Source: Epithemia pelagica
Taxonomy: Eukaryota; Protista; Bacillariophyta
Reading direction: 5' to 3'
Assembly (NCBI GenBank): GCA_946965045.2
Contig: OX337229.1
Span: 558,001-622,000 of the forward strand
DNA: 64,000 nt
A model generated the notes under the pieces. That model had not been told where the DNA came from. It worked only from the letters and a program-made list of their open reading frames with translations, and did not search any database. How positions within the stretch are numbered: position 1 is the stretch's first letter; each line of letters opens with the position of its first letter. Of this stretch, positions 45,666 through 56,158 are shown one piece after another. The position numbers were made by a program, and so were the translations under genes.

Positions 45666-47110
45666 TCATGGCATTGCCAACAACGAGGCGTGGGATGTAG
45701 CTTCCGAGCTACAAGGGGGAAACATCGAATTGGCCGGGGATGTTGTAGTATCATCTGTTGCTCGCTGTTGGGAGCAAGTCCCGTCATCTCCCACCCTCTT
45801 TTGGTCTGCATGTTCTTTCAAGTAATTGTCCAAATAATGCGCCAGGGCATCTGCCGCCTTTGGTACTAGTCTCATCCACAGGAGAGCAGTGCCACATGCC
45901 AGCTCCATGAGTGCCAAGCAATTGTCATTGTCATAGAACATATCCACGCGCAAGTACGCCGGAGTGACACCCACCAACTTTTGAATGGCCTCCACGACCT
46001 GCAAGGCAAACTCTTTCTCTTCCGTGGATGGTTCGTATATTCGGCTACTCCCTCCATGTTCTTCATGAACCAGAAAGCCAGTGTTTCCCTGTTCGTCATA
46101 TTCCGAAGAAGATGGCATTTTCAAAACTCCATGAGTGACTTCCCGACCCACAAAAACAACGCCACGTTCTCCCTTGGTCCGAATTCGTTGTTGAAAACAC
46201 TGGATAATATAATCCTCATCATCGGGTTCATCCACTGCGTCAGTATTCATGTATTCCATTCCCTCTTCCGCAAACTCTTCAAATATTTCTTCCATTTCTT
46301 CAAAATCGTTGGGCGTGCGTAGGAGCTTGACTCCAGCACCTGCATTGCCCATGGCTGGTTTGACGACAACTTCACTGCAGCCCAAAAGGTCGTGAGCCAC
46401 ACTGACCATACCAGGAAAGTCATCATAGTAGTCGAACCATGGATTAAAGATGTACATATCTGGCATGTGAATCCCTGCCTCATAAAGTTGGGGAAGGTAG
46501 GTTGATTTGACCGAGTGCCAACGAAGCAGATCTCGTGGATTCATCAGTATTGCTTTTTCATCCATGGTATCCAAGAAACTGTGAATTGTAAGACAACCCA
46601 ATCCGAGGAGCAAAGGGTGTCGAGTTCATGGGGTCTACGCACAAGCAAGTATCCGCTTCGTTTCTCAAAAACTTACTTGATGTAATGATCCATGTAGTTG
46701 TACTTGCCCCAAGCGGATCGGATCAAAACCATGGATGCAGAATTCCAGTCAAAGGCACGATCTTGAATGGAAACCCGAGCAACGTTTCGACCCGAGGCAT
46801 GCAGTCGTTCCAGAAGCATGCGATCTTCTGGTTGACCAATCCAATAATTGGCGTCGTCCGTGACGACCACCACATCAAACTTGGGAGTGGGTGGAGATGG
46901 CAGCGTTGAAACGGTGGTGTCATTCGAAACCACAGAAGACAAGTAGGTCCTCACCGTTTCGTTCCCTGTCACTGGCTGACATGCGCATACACAAGTGTCG
47001 TCGACATTGCTGTGAATGAACACTTGACCGTGAGCAAACAACATTCCATGTCTAAACAACACAAGAGTCCAGGCTAGTATCATGCCATTGGAAACAGTCC
47101 ATTGTGCCAT
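45666..47110 (-). CDS. ATP-grasp ligase (RimK/GshB/DcsG-like), 2 exons (47110-46677, 46578-45666), N-terminal hydrophobic signal
   Basis: Phase-2 intron 46676-46579 (GTAAGT...TCACAG) fuses the two ORFs. FDW...VLIRSAW, VVKPAMGNAGAGV, YIIQCF...GERGVVF, YLRVDM, LMELAC. Confidence 0.85.
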
Positions 47111-48222
47111 GCTCGTTGTGTTTTCTTTGCTGGGGATGAATAGCTCTCGTTCAATGGTTTTATGAGGATCGTTTACCAATGACCAAAGATACAATCGTGT
47201 CTGTTAGTTTCGTGTGAAACATGATTGTTGTACTGGTTTCATATGGAAATCAAATCAAACAGGGATGAGGCAATCAATCGTTCCAAGTTTTACCTCACCA
47301 TCGTTGCACGGTTGATTTTTGAGTCTTGTATATGACAGTTGCTGCGGAGTATGGTTGACAAACGAAAAGCATTATTGTCCTTGTCTCAATCGAACGGAAA
47401 GCAGGATTGTTTGAAATTCGTTGGCCATTGCCCATTCCCAAGGAAAGACAGTTTGTGGTCGTTCGACTCCCTTTTTCTCTGGTCTTTCGACTCACAGAAC
47501 ATTTGGTCGGTGGTTGCGACAAGGCTCCCCATCCAGTAGACTCCACCTCTCTTCAGATGATTCTGTCCCAGCAGAAACATTGCTTTTCCTTTCCGTGTAG
47601 TTACACAAGTTACCAGTGGCTACATCTCTCTTTCAAAGGGTCAAGAGTGCAGAGTGCCATCGTGTAGCAAGACATCATTCAGAACCGTTGGAAGAAGCAA
47701 CTTTCGGACTTCGTCCTGTCTCTCATTTCTGGGCTAGCTTCCGAATCAAAGATACGTGTGTATTTGCGAGTGAAACGCAATCTACCCCCTAGCGGCAGGC
47801 TGAGTCATGAGATTTCGAATATCAATCTTGGATCATTCACTAAACTCACGACTCACCCCTCCGCTTGGGGACAAAACGCGATCTAGCTAGGTGAAAGAAA
47901 AAGGGAATAGTCTATGCTTCCAGCGGCCGCGCCTACCCGTAGGGTACGGTCGACCGACTGCCCTGGAGCCATTACTCTGGGAATTATGGAGCGGGGGGAC
48001 AGCCCGCTTGTGACAAGCGGGCCACATAGACGAGCCGCCTTTCGGGCTCCATATTTAGCCCTCCCAACCACCACGAACCGAGATCATCATGAGCAGAGGT
48101 CCGAACCACTCGACCACTAACTAGGTATTGTAGTGTATGGTGATTGAAATCGGCGTTTTAGTCGCGAATATTAATCACCATCTCAACGCGTGCTCACTCG
48201 CTCCGGCACGAGCCACCCACAA

Positions 48223-49098
48223 ATGCGCACACAAAAGAAAACATCACCATGGATGACATCAAGTGTGTCAGATTCAAACCTCAATTGCGAAGAATTCAGA
48301 GCCATCATCAGCAAGGGAACGATCGATGACTCTTTGACATCGTCATTGTTGCAAGAGTTGTCGCTTCACACCATGAATGTGCCCTGCCTATTGCCACCAC
48401 ATACCCACACGGACGACGATTCCAGCGAATCCATGAAGGAAAAGATGGCTTTCTCATCCTTCTTGGCAAATGCGGAATACCATGAAGATCAAATGCTCGA
48501 AACGACAGATGACAGTACTGTGGAAGACAATGAACTCTATGAGACTGATTCTCGGTCTGTGGTGTCATCAGGTTCTCAGCCCTGTTTGCCATGTTCATGT
48601 CCATACTGTCGAGATAAAGTCGAGAATATATTACGGGATCAACCAGTCCTCCACATAAGGAATGACCCTCGCAAGAAAACCTTCTCCATCTCGAGACCGC
48701 CAGAGTTTGGGTGGTTGGCCTCCATCTTTTGTCCACCTACGTCCGAGAGGGCCACCTCTGTTTTCTCCTCTTTTTCAGTCGATGCTTTGAAGGAGACCAC
48801 CTACACCATTTGTCAGGTACAAAGACACAATCACAAAGACTCGGCATGGATAGTTGCGGGTGTCTACATTTATGATGTTACTTCATATTTGAGCAATCAT
48901 CCTGGTGGCACGAATTCTCTCTTGAGTCGAGCGGGGGGAGTCCGCGACTGTACCAGGGATCTCAACTTTCATTCCAAACAAGGTCAAAAGGTTTGGGAAC
49001 AATACAAGATTGGCCGCCTCGTCGAATGTCCAGCATGTACCCCGGAACAACGAAGGATGATTCAACGACACGAGTCTCGACCATGGTGGTGCAAGTAG
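48223..49098 (+). CDS. Cytochrome b5-like heme-binding protein, paralog of 43108-43674
   Basis: [16 protein letters not shown]...[14 protein letters not shown]...RDLNFHS...KIGRLVEC. Confidence 0.9.
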   Translation: MRTQKKTSPWMTSSVSDSNLNCEEFRAIISKGTIDDSLTSSLLQELSLHTMNVPCLLPPHTHTDDDSSESMKEKMAFSSFLANAEYHEDQMLETTDDSTVEDNELYETDSRSVVSSGSQPCLPCSCPYCRDKVENILRDQPVLHIRNDPRKKTFSISRPPEFGWLASIFCPPTSERATSVFSSFSVDALKETTYTICQVQRHNHKDSAWIVAGVYIYDVTSYLSNHPGGTNSLLSRAGGVRDCTRDLNFHSKQGQKVWEQYKIGRLVECPACTPEQRRMIQRHESRPWWCK

Positions 49099-49718
49099 CG
49101 CAAGTCCATGCTGATTCATGACAACTTGTGTGCGATGCACAAACTTTAGAATAGCAGAGAAACACATAGATTTAGACGCAAAAGTCTCGCAATAGTTTGA
49201 TCTACATATATCTTTAGTATGACTCTTGGAAAGATCCCAGAGGGCATTCATGTGCAGGTTGCTATGTCTGTTTGTTTGGAAGCGTTGCTCTAGCTAGGTA
49301 CGACATACAATCACCAACGATACGACATTGGCCATACCCAGTAGACCACAACAAAGTATTGTACAGCTTCAACACATTCACACGAAGCATTGGTCGAAAG
49401 GTTGGCTGTTTCAGTGTATATTCGTTGTCCTTGTCCTCAAACCTTTTTCTCCTTGGCCCTGTGGTTGCATCAATTCACACCCACTCCTTGTTCCCCATCC
49501 ACCACTTTTATTACGACGACAACGACGTATTTTTGTACCTGAAGCCAACTGGGCCGAAACCATGCTTCATCGACCACAAGAGACACTGGTACGATCATTG
49601 AAATGGCTACAGCATTTTGTACTTGACAGTCGTTTGATCTGTACCTGAACCCCTGGATGACTGAGCACGTTGCTGAACAGTGGTTGTCACTCCGATAGTT
49701 CTGAGCTTTCAACAGCTG

Positions 49719-50270
49719 TCAAGGACGCGTATTCTGGGCGTTGGAACCGCTTGAAGCTGGATCAGAGGCTTTGTGTTGGGTGGAAATCTTTTGTTTGGCA
49801 AGCTCTAGTGAATCTGGGTTAAACATGTCTTGGTCCTTTAGCTGGCAAACTCCTCTCTCGAGTGTCAAGTCAAATGAATCCGTATTGAACATATCCTCAA
49901 GATATGGAATATCTTGCGACCTCCGACGAGACGAAGAAGAAGAAGAAGAAGGAGAGGACCGAGTTGACCAGGCAGGTCTGTTTACTTGGATGGGGCTCTG
50001 CCTGTGATCTTTTGGTGATTCAGTGCCGCCTTTTGGTGTCGTCGTCGTCTGGTTCACACTGTCCGTTGTATCTGGACCAACTTTTGCTTGTTGTGGTTGA
50101 TGATGAGGATGATCGGTCCGTTCTCTTTTGTGGTTCCTTCGAAGACTTTGGGTTAGTTTCTTGAGCCTTGGATTCATGCTTGATGGTGGCTTTCCAGTTC
50201 TTGTGTTTCCTGTTCGGCGTCGATCGAGATGTAATTTTGTGAGACTCCTCTCCAATGGAGAGGAATACAT
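49719..50270 (-). CDS. Hypothetical low-complexity protein, 183 aa
   Basis: Clean ATG ORF with an internal repeat DMFN(T/P)DS(F/L)(D/E)L. Confidence 0.55.
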   Translation of the reverse strand: MYSSPLERSLTKLHLDRRRTGNTRTGKPPSSMNPRLKKLTQSLRRNHKRERTDHPHHQPQQAKVGPDTTDSVNQTTTTPKGGTESPKDHRQSPIQVNRPAWSTRSSPSSSSSSSRRRSQDIPYLEDMFNTDSFDLTLERGVCQLKDQDMFNPDSLELAKQKISTQHKASDPASSGSNAQNTRP

Positions 50271-50870
50271 CTACACCGGTTGGCGTTGCCATAATGCACG
50301 ACCGTAAAGGAACAAACTCGACGTATACACGTTGGGGGGAGCTCTGGGTGACTGAGCAGGGTACGCTGTTCGCCATGCGCGCTTTCGGAACAAACGCCGG
50401 AATGCGGATTGAATCGCGAGACGCGAATCCCGGATCCGGGCCATCTGCACACAAACAATGCGCGCATCGCGCATGCCTTGTTCGCTTCTTCCCGGTATCA
50501 GATGAGTGACGTGGACGCCGTTGAAAAGGAAAGCGGAATTATACTACGTACTGTACTCTACATTTAATATATGGACTCAAATAAATTATAGGAGCGTACT
50601 CTAACTCCTATTTTCGCACTAACTGTTCCTCTAAGAGTACTCCGTACTGCGCACGCTACAAGCTGGTTCGAGACGAAACCTGCATGGTCGTAATAGTGTA
50701 TGAAAAACGTACAATAAAGTAGGACTACACTTCAGCCCACAGTGCCCTGGCGTTCTGGTTTGCCCTCCGGTTTTTCGGTTACGAGCTTGTCCTCACATTT
50801 TGTCACGCATTTCATTCAAAAAGCAAATATCGATAACGATTAGTGACCGCTTCCCATGACGATGGCCGTC

Positions 50871-50963
50871 GTAGGCCCTTCGACCCGACACCACCACCCC
50901 AGACTTTTAGTATAGGTGTAATATAACAATGCTAGAACGGTGGTGTCGGGTCAAACGACCTAC
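50871..50963. repeat. Short inverted repeat (25-bp arms, 43-nt AT-rich spacer)
   Basis: GTAGGCCCTTCGACCCGACACCACC and GGTGGTGTCGGGTCAAACGACCTAC; the inner 14 bp are perfect. Confidence 0.85.
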
Positions 50964-51488
50964 ATCTCGAGTTAGACCAGTAGTTAGTGCTTAACGCCTT
51001 ATCTCAAGGGGGAGTATTGTAAAACACGAGAATTCATCATTTACTAGACTTATTGTATCCCAATGACATAAAGGCGAGTGTTTTAAACTATTCTTCTTAT
51101 GTCACTATCTTTCTAAACTGTTCTGGGTAGTGTGTTGGCCTAGGTTACTAGAAGAGAGTGTCAACAACGAGACTGGACGAGCAACGCCTGACCATTGTTG
51201 TTCTTGACATGATTGCCATTGGTTACAACAACAGCTTGTTGGGCATGCTTCCTTCATTTCTACTACACTTTCCAACGCAGGTTCGTCAGATTCGTGTGGT
51301 GAGGGAGAAAGGGATACTGCTGCTGCAGGAGGTAACGCACAAGGCCAAGAATGGCGGATAGGTCGCTATGAACACCCCGCGAAGGAACATGGTAGTCAAG
51401 AGTGGAGTGTTGCCTCGTTTCTTGTTTTCCATAAATCATTGTTGGCAGTGAACTCCTTTGTTTCTCTCCACTTCGAAATGTGTCTTGG

Positions 51489-52181
51489 TTAATGCAAATA
51501 AAATCCACCCCCGTGACACAAGGCAACCAAGGCCAACACCAGTGTCACGACATGGTAGGACAAGATCGTGAAAACATGATTGGTTGCGGGGGAACCCAAC
51601 AGTCCATGAAACACAGCAGCATTCCATGCCTCAAAGGTACATTCCAACAAGGCATGTGCCCACAGAAAGACAACCATTTCCACCAGTGGAACACGTCGTG
51701 GATGCCACCGGTACACGAGCGAATACCACCCACCTGGTTCTTGTTGTCGTTGTTGATTGTGTAGATGGAATTTGACACAATCGTAGACACGGGGAGAGGA
51801 AAACCAGTACACACTGGTGGTCATGCCACGCATCAACAGTGTTGCCAGTATCCCACACCCCACGACTTGGGGGAGGTGCTGTGGTGACAGGCCACTTGCA
51901 GCGGCAGCAGTAGCTGAGGATTGAGTCGTTGTCATTGCTATCCAAAGGCGATGCACCAAGGAATAAACCGCGTTGGAAACTATGAAATAACCCAGGAGCG
52001 ACTCAAAGCCAATGCCATGAGTCGTCCATTCCATCCGACACCACCTGCTCCACGGAACGTTGGTTGGTTGATGGATTGTATCTTCTGGTTCTTGTTCTTG
52101 TAGAGATGCAGCGTCCCAAAAAACTTCTTCTTCTTGTTGTTGCTGCTGTTGGATTGTATGGTGCGAGGGCGAGGATGCCAT
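51489..52181 (-). CDS. Hypothetical membrane protein (about 4 TM)
   Basis: 230-aa ORF with poly-Q and hydrophobic segments. Both ends are uncertain. Confidence 0.55.
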   Translation of the reverse strand: MASSPSHHTIQQQQQQEEEVFWDAASLQEQEPEDTIHQPTNVPWSRWCRMEWTTHGIGFESLLGYFIVSNAVYSLVHRLWIAMTTTQSSATAAAASGLSPQHLPQVVGCGILATLLMRGMTTSVYWFSSPRVYDCVKFHLHNQQRQQEPGGWYSLVYRWHPRRVPLVEMVVFLWAHALLECTFEAWNAAVFHGLLGSPATNHVFTILSYHVVTLVLALVALCHGGGFYLH

Positions 52182-53241
52182 GTGACTGGGTGGTTTCGGG
52201 TTTTGGTGAATCGTCGTCGTTTTCTTCCTCCTCTTGTTCTTTTGTTGTTGTGGTTACAAACGGCGACTGTGACGACGACGCACAGTTAGTTCTCCCTGCC
52301 ACAAATGGTATCGTATGCATGCCTCGAGAAACAAGTTACTGCTCGTATTATTCGTACGAGTAGTGGTGATGCGATGAAAGACCTTGGTTCGATACAACTC
52401 TTGTCGTGTCGGAAGAGCAAGAGGCCCTCCGTGTAGAGCCATTAAGGCATCATTTCGACGTTGTATCGGTGGCCATGGTCGTCGTCTCGACAAAAGGAAG
52501 GGGGCCTATGTCGTGACTATAGATTTTTGTGTAGGAATGCCACGCGAGCTTGTCACTACAGTATTTTAACTCTAATACTCTCATGCAGGTTTCGTCTCGA
52601 ACCAGCTTGTAGTACTTTTCCTGAGATAGTACCTTGTTGCTCCCTGCCAATAACCAAAGAAAATAAGGTCGACAGTTGTCAGTTGTTGTGTCTTGCATTT
52701 CCCATTCTTCTTGCATGACGGATACAAGGAGCGTTTGTGGTCTCAAAAGAGCGAAAGGTGACTAGAACAATGGCGCTCACTCGTTGCGTATAAGACGAGG
52801 ACGAAAAACATTCATTTTCGCGGAGCGATACGTTTGTGTGGTCTTTCTCTCGTGCGCGCCCACTCAAGCTTTTTTTGTGGCCGTTGCGCCTCTTTGGACT
52901 ATTGATACTATAGTTCGAAGAGGAGAGAGTCTTATTCAAGGAAAAATAGCGTGTTCTGGTCGCAATTTGAATTCTTCATATCCATTGTATGTAGATACCT
53001 TTGGTGGAAACGAAGCACTTTTCTCTTGCGAACGAAAAACGCAACAACAGAACGCAATAGCGGAAACAACCGTCTCTTTACTCGAGACGTCCAATCGACT
53101 ATCCGCTCTGCTGTGTTCTTCTTGACTTGAATAAACCCTTTGTTGATTGGCATTCTCGCTTTTTCAATCATTCCAAGAATCATCAAGGAAACCAAGGCTT
53201 GCTGTTGTTTCTTGTTCTTCTCAACAATTTGAATTGTCATC

Positions 53242-54495
53242 ATGGCCGTCAGTAGTGAAACCAACGAAGAGCAACCTCGCTCCCACAGCGAGCACCATGC
53301 ACAAACTAAGCCAACACGGCGCTTGTTGGCTCGGTTGGGTTCCACATCCAGCTCGAGCACACAGAGTCGCAAGGCTCAACGAAAGGAACGCCACAAGAAT
53401 AATAAAGTCGTGGAGGATGAAAGTACCGAACGGACGAGTGGTACGAGCATGTTGTCTTCGCTGTCATCCTTATCCTTGTCCAAGTCATCGACCAATTCCG
53501 TACAAATCAGCAACAACGAATCCGAGATATCCTCGTCGGCAAAATCCTCCTCCTCAAAGCCTCGCAATCGATTGTTTGGTGGTCGAAAGTCCATGTCCTC
53601 TCAAGTGTCATCCCTTTCCACCGACAGTCGTTTGTCGTCTTCGACTGCCCGAGGTACGACAGCAACCACAACCACCACAACACTGAGGACTCCACCGCCG
53701 CCGCTCAAATCGGTCCGCTTCAATCTACGAGGCAATCAAAAACACGAATTGATGCAACCTCCACGTACGATTGTGGAACGACAATTGTGTTGGTACACAG
53801 CCGATGAATGTGAAGAAATTATGGAACGGACACAAGCGAGTACCGTAGTCTTGATGAAATCGTCCTTGTTATTACCATCCACAAAGAGCAAGAATCGAAG
53901 CAACAACTACAATAACAATCCCTTGAGCCGGGCCTATCATTCCTGTTGTCAAGGAGCCTTGTCGCAATCCAAGGTGGAACAAATGCAACACTTTTTGGCC
54001 GGCATTCATCAGGACGACAAGGAGGAGCAGGACCCAACCAAATCATCCAAACAACAACAACAACACTTTTATTTTGATACGGATTTGGATCCGTGGGGAT
54101 TGGAACAAGCCTTGGTGCCAGCCGCGGTTCATGAACGAGCCATTCGACGACAAGATGTCGCCCAACTCTTGTGGGTGTACAATCAAGAATGTCAAATGGA
54201 TTGGACCGCACCTAAATCGTCGTATTCCTCGCGTCGTCGATCGAACGCTCCCAAACGAAGGCCACAACAACAACCAGCACGAACGGGAACCACAAACTGC
54301 GAGAAGGATGATGACGAAGCCTTGTGGGAACAATTGAGTCAAGATTGCAAAGATGTGTCTCGACCGTCGCGATTGTTTGTCCTGGGGATTGGGCAAGCAC
54401 AACAACAAGCCTTGCAAAGCAGCATGGCGTCTACCTCCACGACGACAAGTACCGAGTCACCCACAACCACCAATACAACGACCGTCGTCCGGTAA
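53242..54495 (+). CDS. Hypothetical protein of the [VL]RF...WY...G[LV]E family
   Basis: KSVRFNLRGNQKHE, CWYTADECEEI, WGLEQAL, RRQDVAQLL, SRPSRLFVLGIGQA. Confidence 0.82.
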   Translation: MAVSSETNEEQPRSHSEHHAQTKPTRRLLARLGSTSSSSTQSRKAQRKERHKNNKVVEDESTERTSGTSMLSSLSSLSLSKSSTNSVQISNNESEISSSAKSSSSKPRNRLFGGRKSMSSQVSSLSTDSRLSSSTARGTTATTTTTTLRTPPPPLKSVRFNLRGNQKHELMQPPRTIVERQLCWYTADECEEIMERTQASTVVLMKSSLLLPSTKSKNRSNNYNNNPLSRAYHSCCQGALSQSKVEQMQHFLAGIHQDDKEEQDPTKSSKQQQQHFYFDTDLDPWGLEQALVPAAVHERAIRRQDVAQLLWVYNQECQMDWTAPKSSYSSRRRSNAPKRRPQQQPARTGTTNCEKDDDEALWEQLSQDCKDVSRPSRLFVLGIGQAQQQALQSSMASTSTTTSTESPTTTNTTTVVR

Positions 54496-54953
54496 CAAGA
54501 AGAACCACTACTGGGGCTACAACCATACAGCCAACACCCTGGCTATTGGCAATGGTCTCACGATAATAGTTGTCCAATACTGAAAGGCGTCCATGACTGA
54601 CAAAGACAGGCGCTACTACATAAAGAAAGCTCTAACCATGTACAGTTTTGATTTTTAGGTTTTGACTCATTCCTTTTACAGGGGAGGACCTTTTCTTCTG
54701 TTACCACCAACGGTTTTCTGTCACGACAACAAGTATACGTAACTCTAGACCTGGAATGCATAATTGTCTGTCCCTGTGTGTGTTTTTGTACGGTGCTGTA
54801 GTTGCTTCCGAGTCTGTAGAAAAAGGGAACACGCAAGTGCCGTCTCCTTGTTCATCCTCATGCGTGGTACGGAGTTGTCCGTTTCGTGCCATTGTAGATG
54901 GTGTCGTAGGATCCTCCACAAAAAAGGACTTTGGGACTTGTCTCGAACTGCTT

Positions 54954-55508
54954 TTATTCTTGTGGCGAGACCATCTCCAATTCGTCTTCGGCAAAGTAGT
55001 AGTAATAATACATTGTGTGGTCCACCACCATTGTGTTGTCGGAAAGTACCATATGTGTGTTGTTTGTGGTAGTAGTGGCGGCGGCTGTCCGAACAAACTG
55101 AACTCGGACCGCCAATTGGTCATCGACTTGTTCGGCACAACAACACGTGGGATCGACGTCACATTTTTCCCAGGTTTCCACGACGGTTCCCACCTGATGG
55201 TACAAATTGCCATGATCGGTCACGGAAATGTCACGGGTCACGACCCGAACCGAATCCCCGACACAAAACGCATTGGCTGCCGAAACATCGCGCATGGTCC
55301 AACACGATATGGAGGGACGACGACGACGACGAGATGCCCGTGTCCTTGAGGCGAATTGTTGGAATGGTTCTTGCCATGGTCCTCGTCTCGAAACAAAGGA
55401 GGACGACGACGACATCCAGGAGGTTCCTGTGTGTATCATGGAAAAGGCGGCGGTTGTAACCAAATCAGAGTCTTGCGACGAACACAAGAGGAAAAAGATT
55501 TGGATCAT
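54954..55508 (-). CDS. Probably plastid-targeted small SH3-like protein resembling the ferredoxin-thioredoxin reductase variable chain, with a Cys-rich insert
   Basis: MIQIFFLLC...VTTAAF presequence, then VGDSVRV, VGTVVETWEKCDVDPTCCCAE, VRVQF, YFAEDELEMV. Confidence 0.65.
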   Translation of the reverse strand: MIQIFFLLCSSQDSDLVTTAAFSMIHTGTSWMSSSSSFVSRRGPWQEPFQQFASRTRASRRRRRPSISCWTMRDVSAANAFCVGDSVRVVTRDISVTDHGNLYHQVGTVVETWEKCDVDPTCCCAEQVDDQLAVRVQFVRTAAATTTTNNTHMVLSDNTMVVDHTMYYYYYFAEDELEMVSPQE

Positions 55509-56158
55509 TCTCCACCAGGTGCCGCCGGATCGTACAGTGGTCCATGGAGGATTGAGAGAGAGTGTCATCTTTTTGCTGGACCAATGCCAAGCTCTCTCTT
55601 TGTCTCTTTCACCCTTTCGAGAAGGGTTTCTCAAGATACACGGAGATTAGGTAGAGAGGGATCCATCAAGATCTTTGTGTGGCCAACGTCATCCATCTCG
55701 TCATTTTTTGTGAGAAAGAGAAGAAATGCGATCTGCGACTGACGGGTTTCTCGGATTACGTCTTATTCGTGACTGCCCACTATTGCCGGTTCTCGCTCGC
55801 GTCTGACGTGAGAGTTTGGAATTCCAAAAGGTTCCAAACCGCGGGCAGATGTTCCCAATCGGTTGTGCGCACGACGGCACTGTGGCTGTGTCTATTGATT
55901 GCATCCAAGAACAACAACAATAAGAGCGTCTCATCCGTTCGTTGCGCATCTCAGATTCTGCTGATTGCTGATCCAACATTAACGCAACAGAACAAGAACA
56001 AGAGATCACATCATCCAACAACTTTCGCCGAAACGAAATACCAGATTGGTTTCGTAGAAGAAAGCAAGAAACTAAGCAGCGCTGCACTTGGATTGTGAGC
56101 AGTTCAGCACCCAGAAGAACTGTTCTGTCTAGTAGATAGTCGAATCGGTGACAACAGG

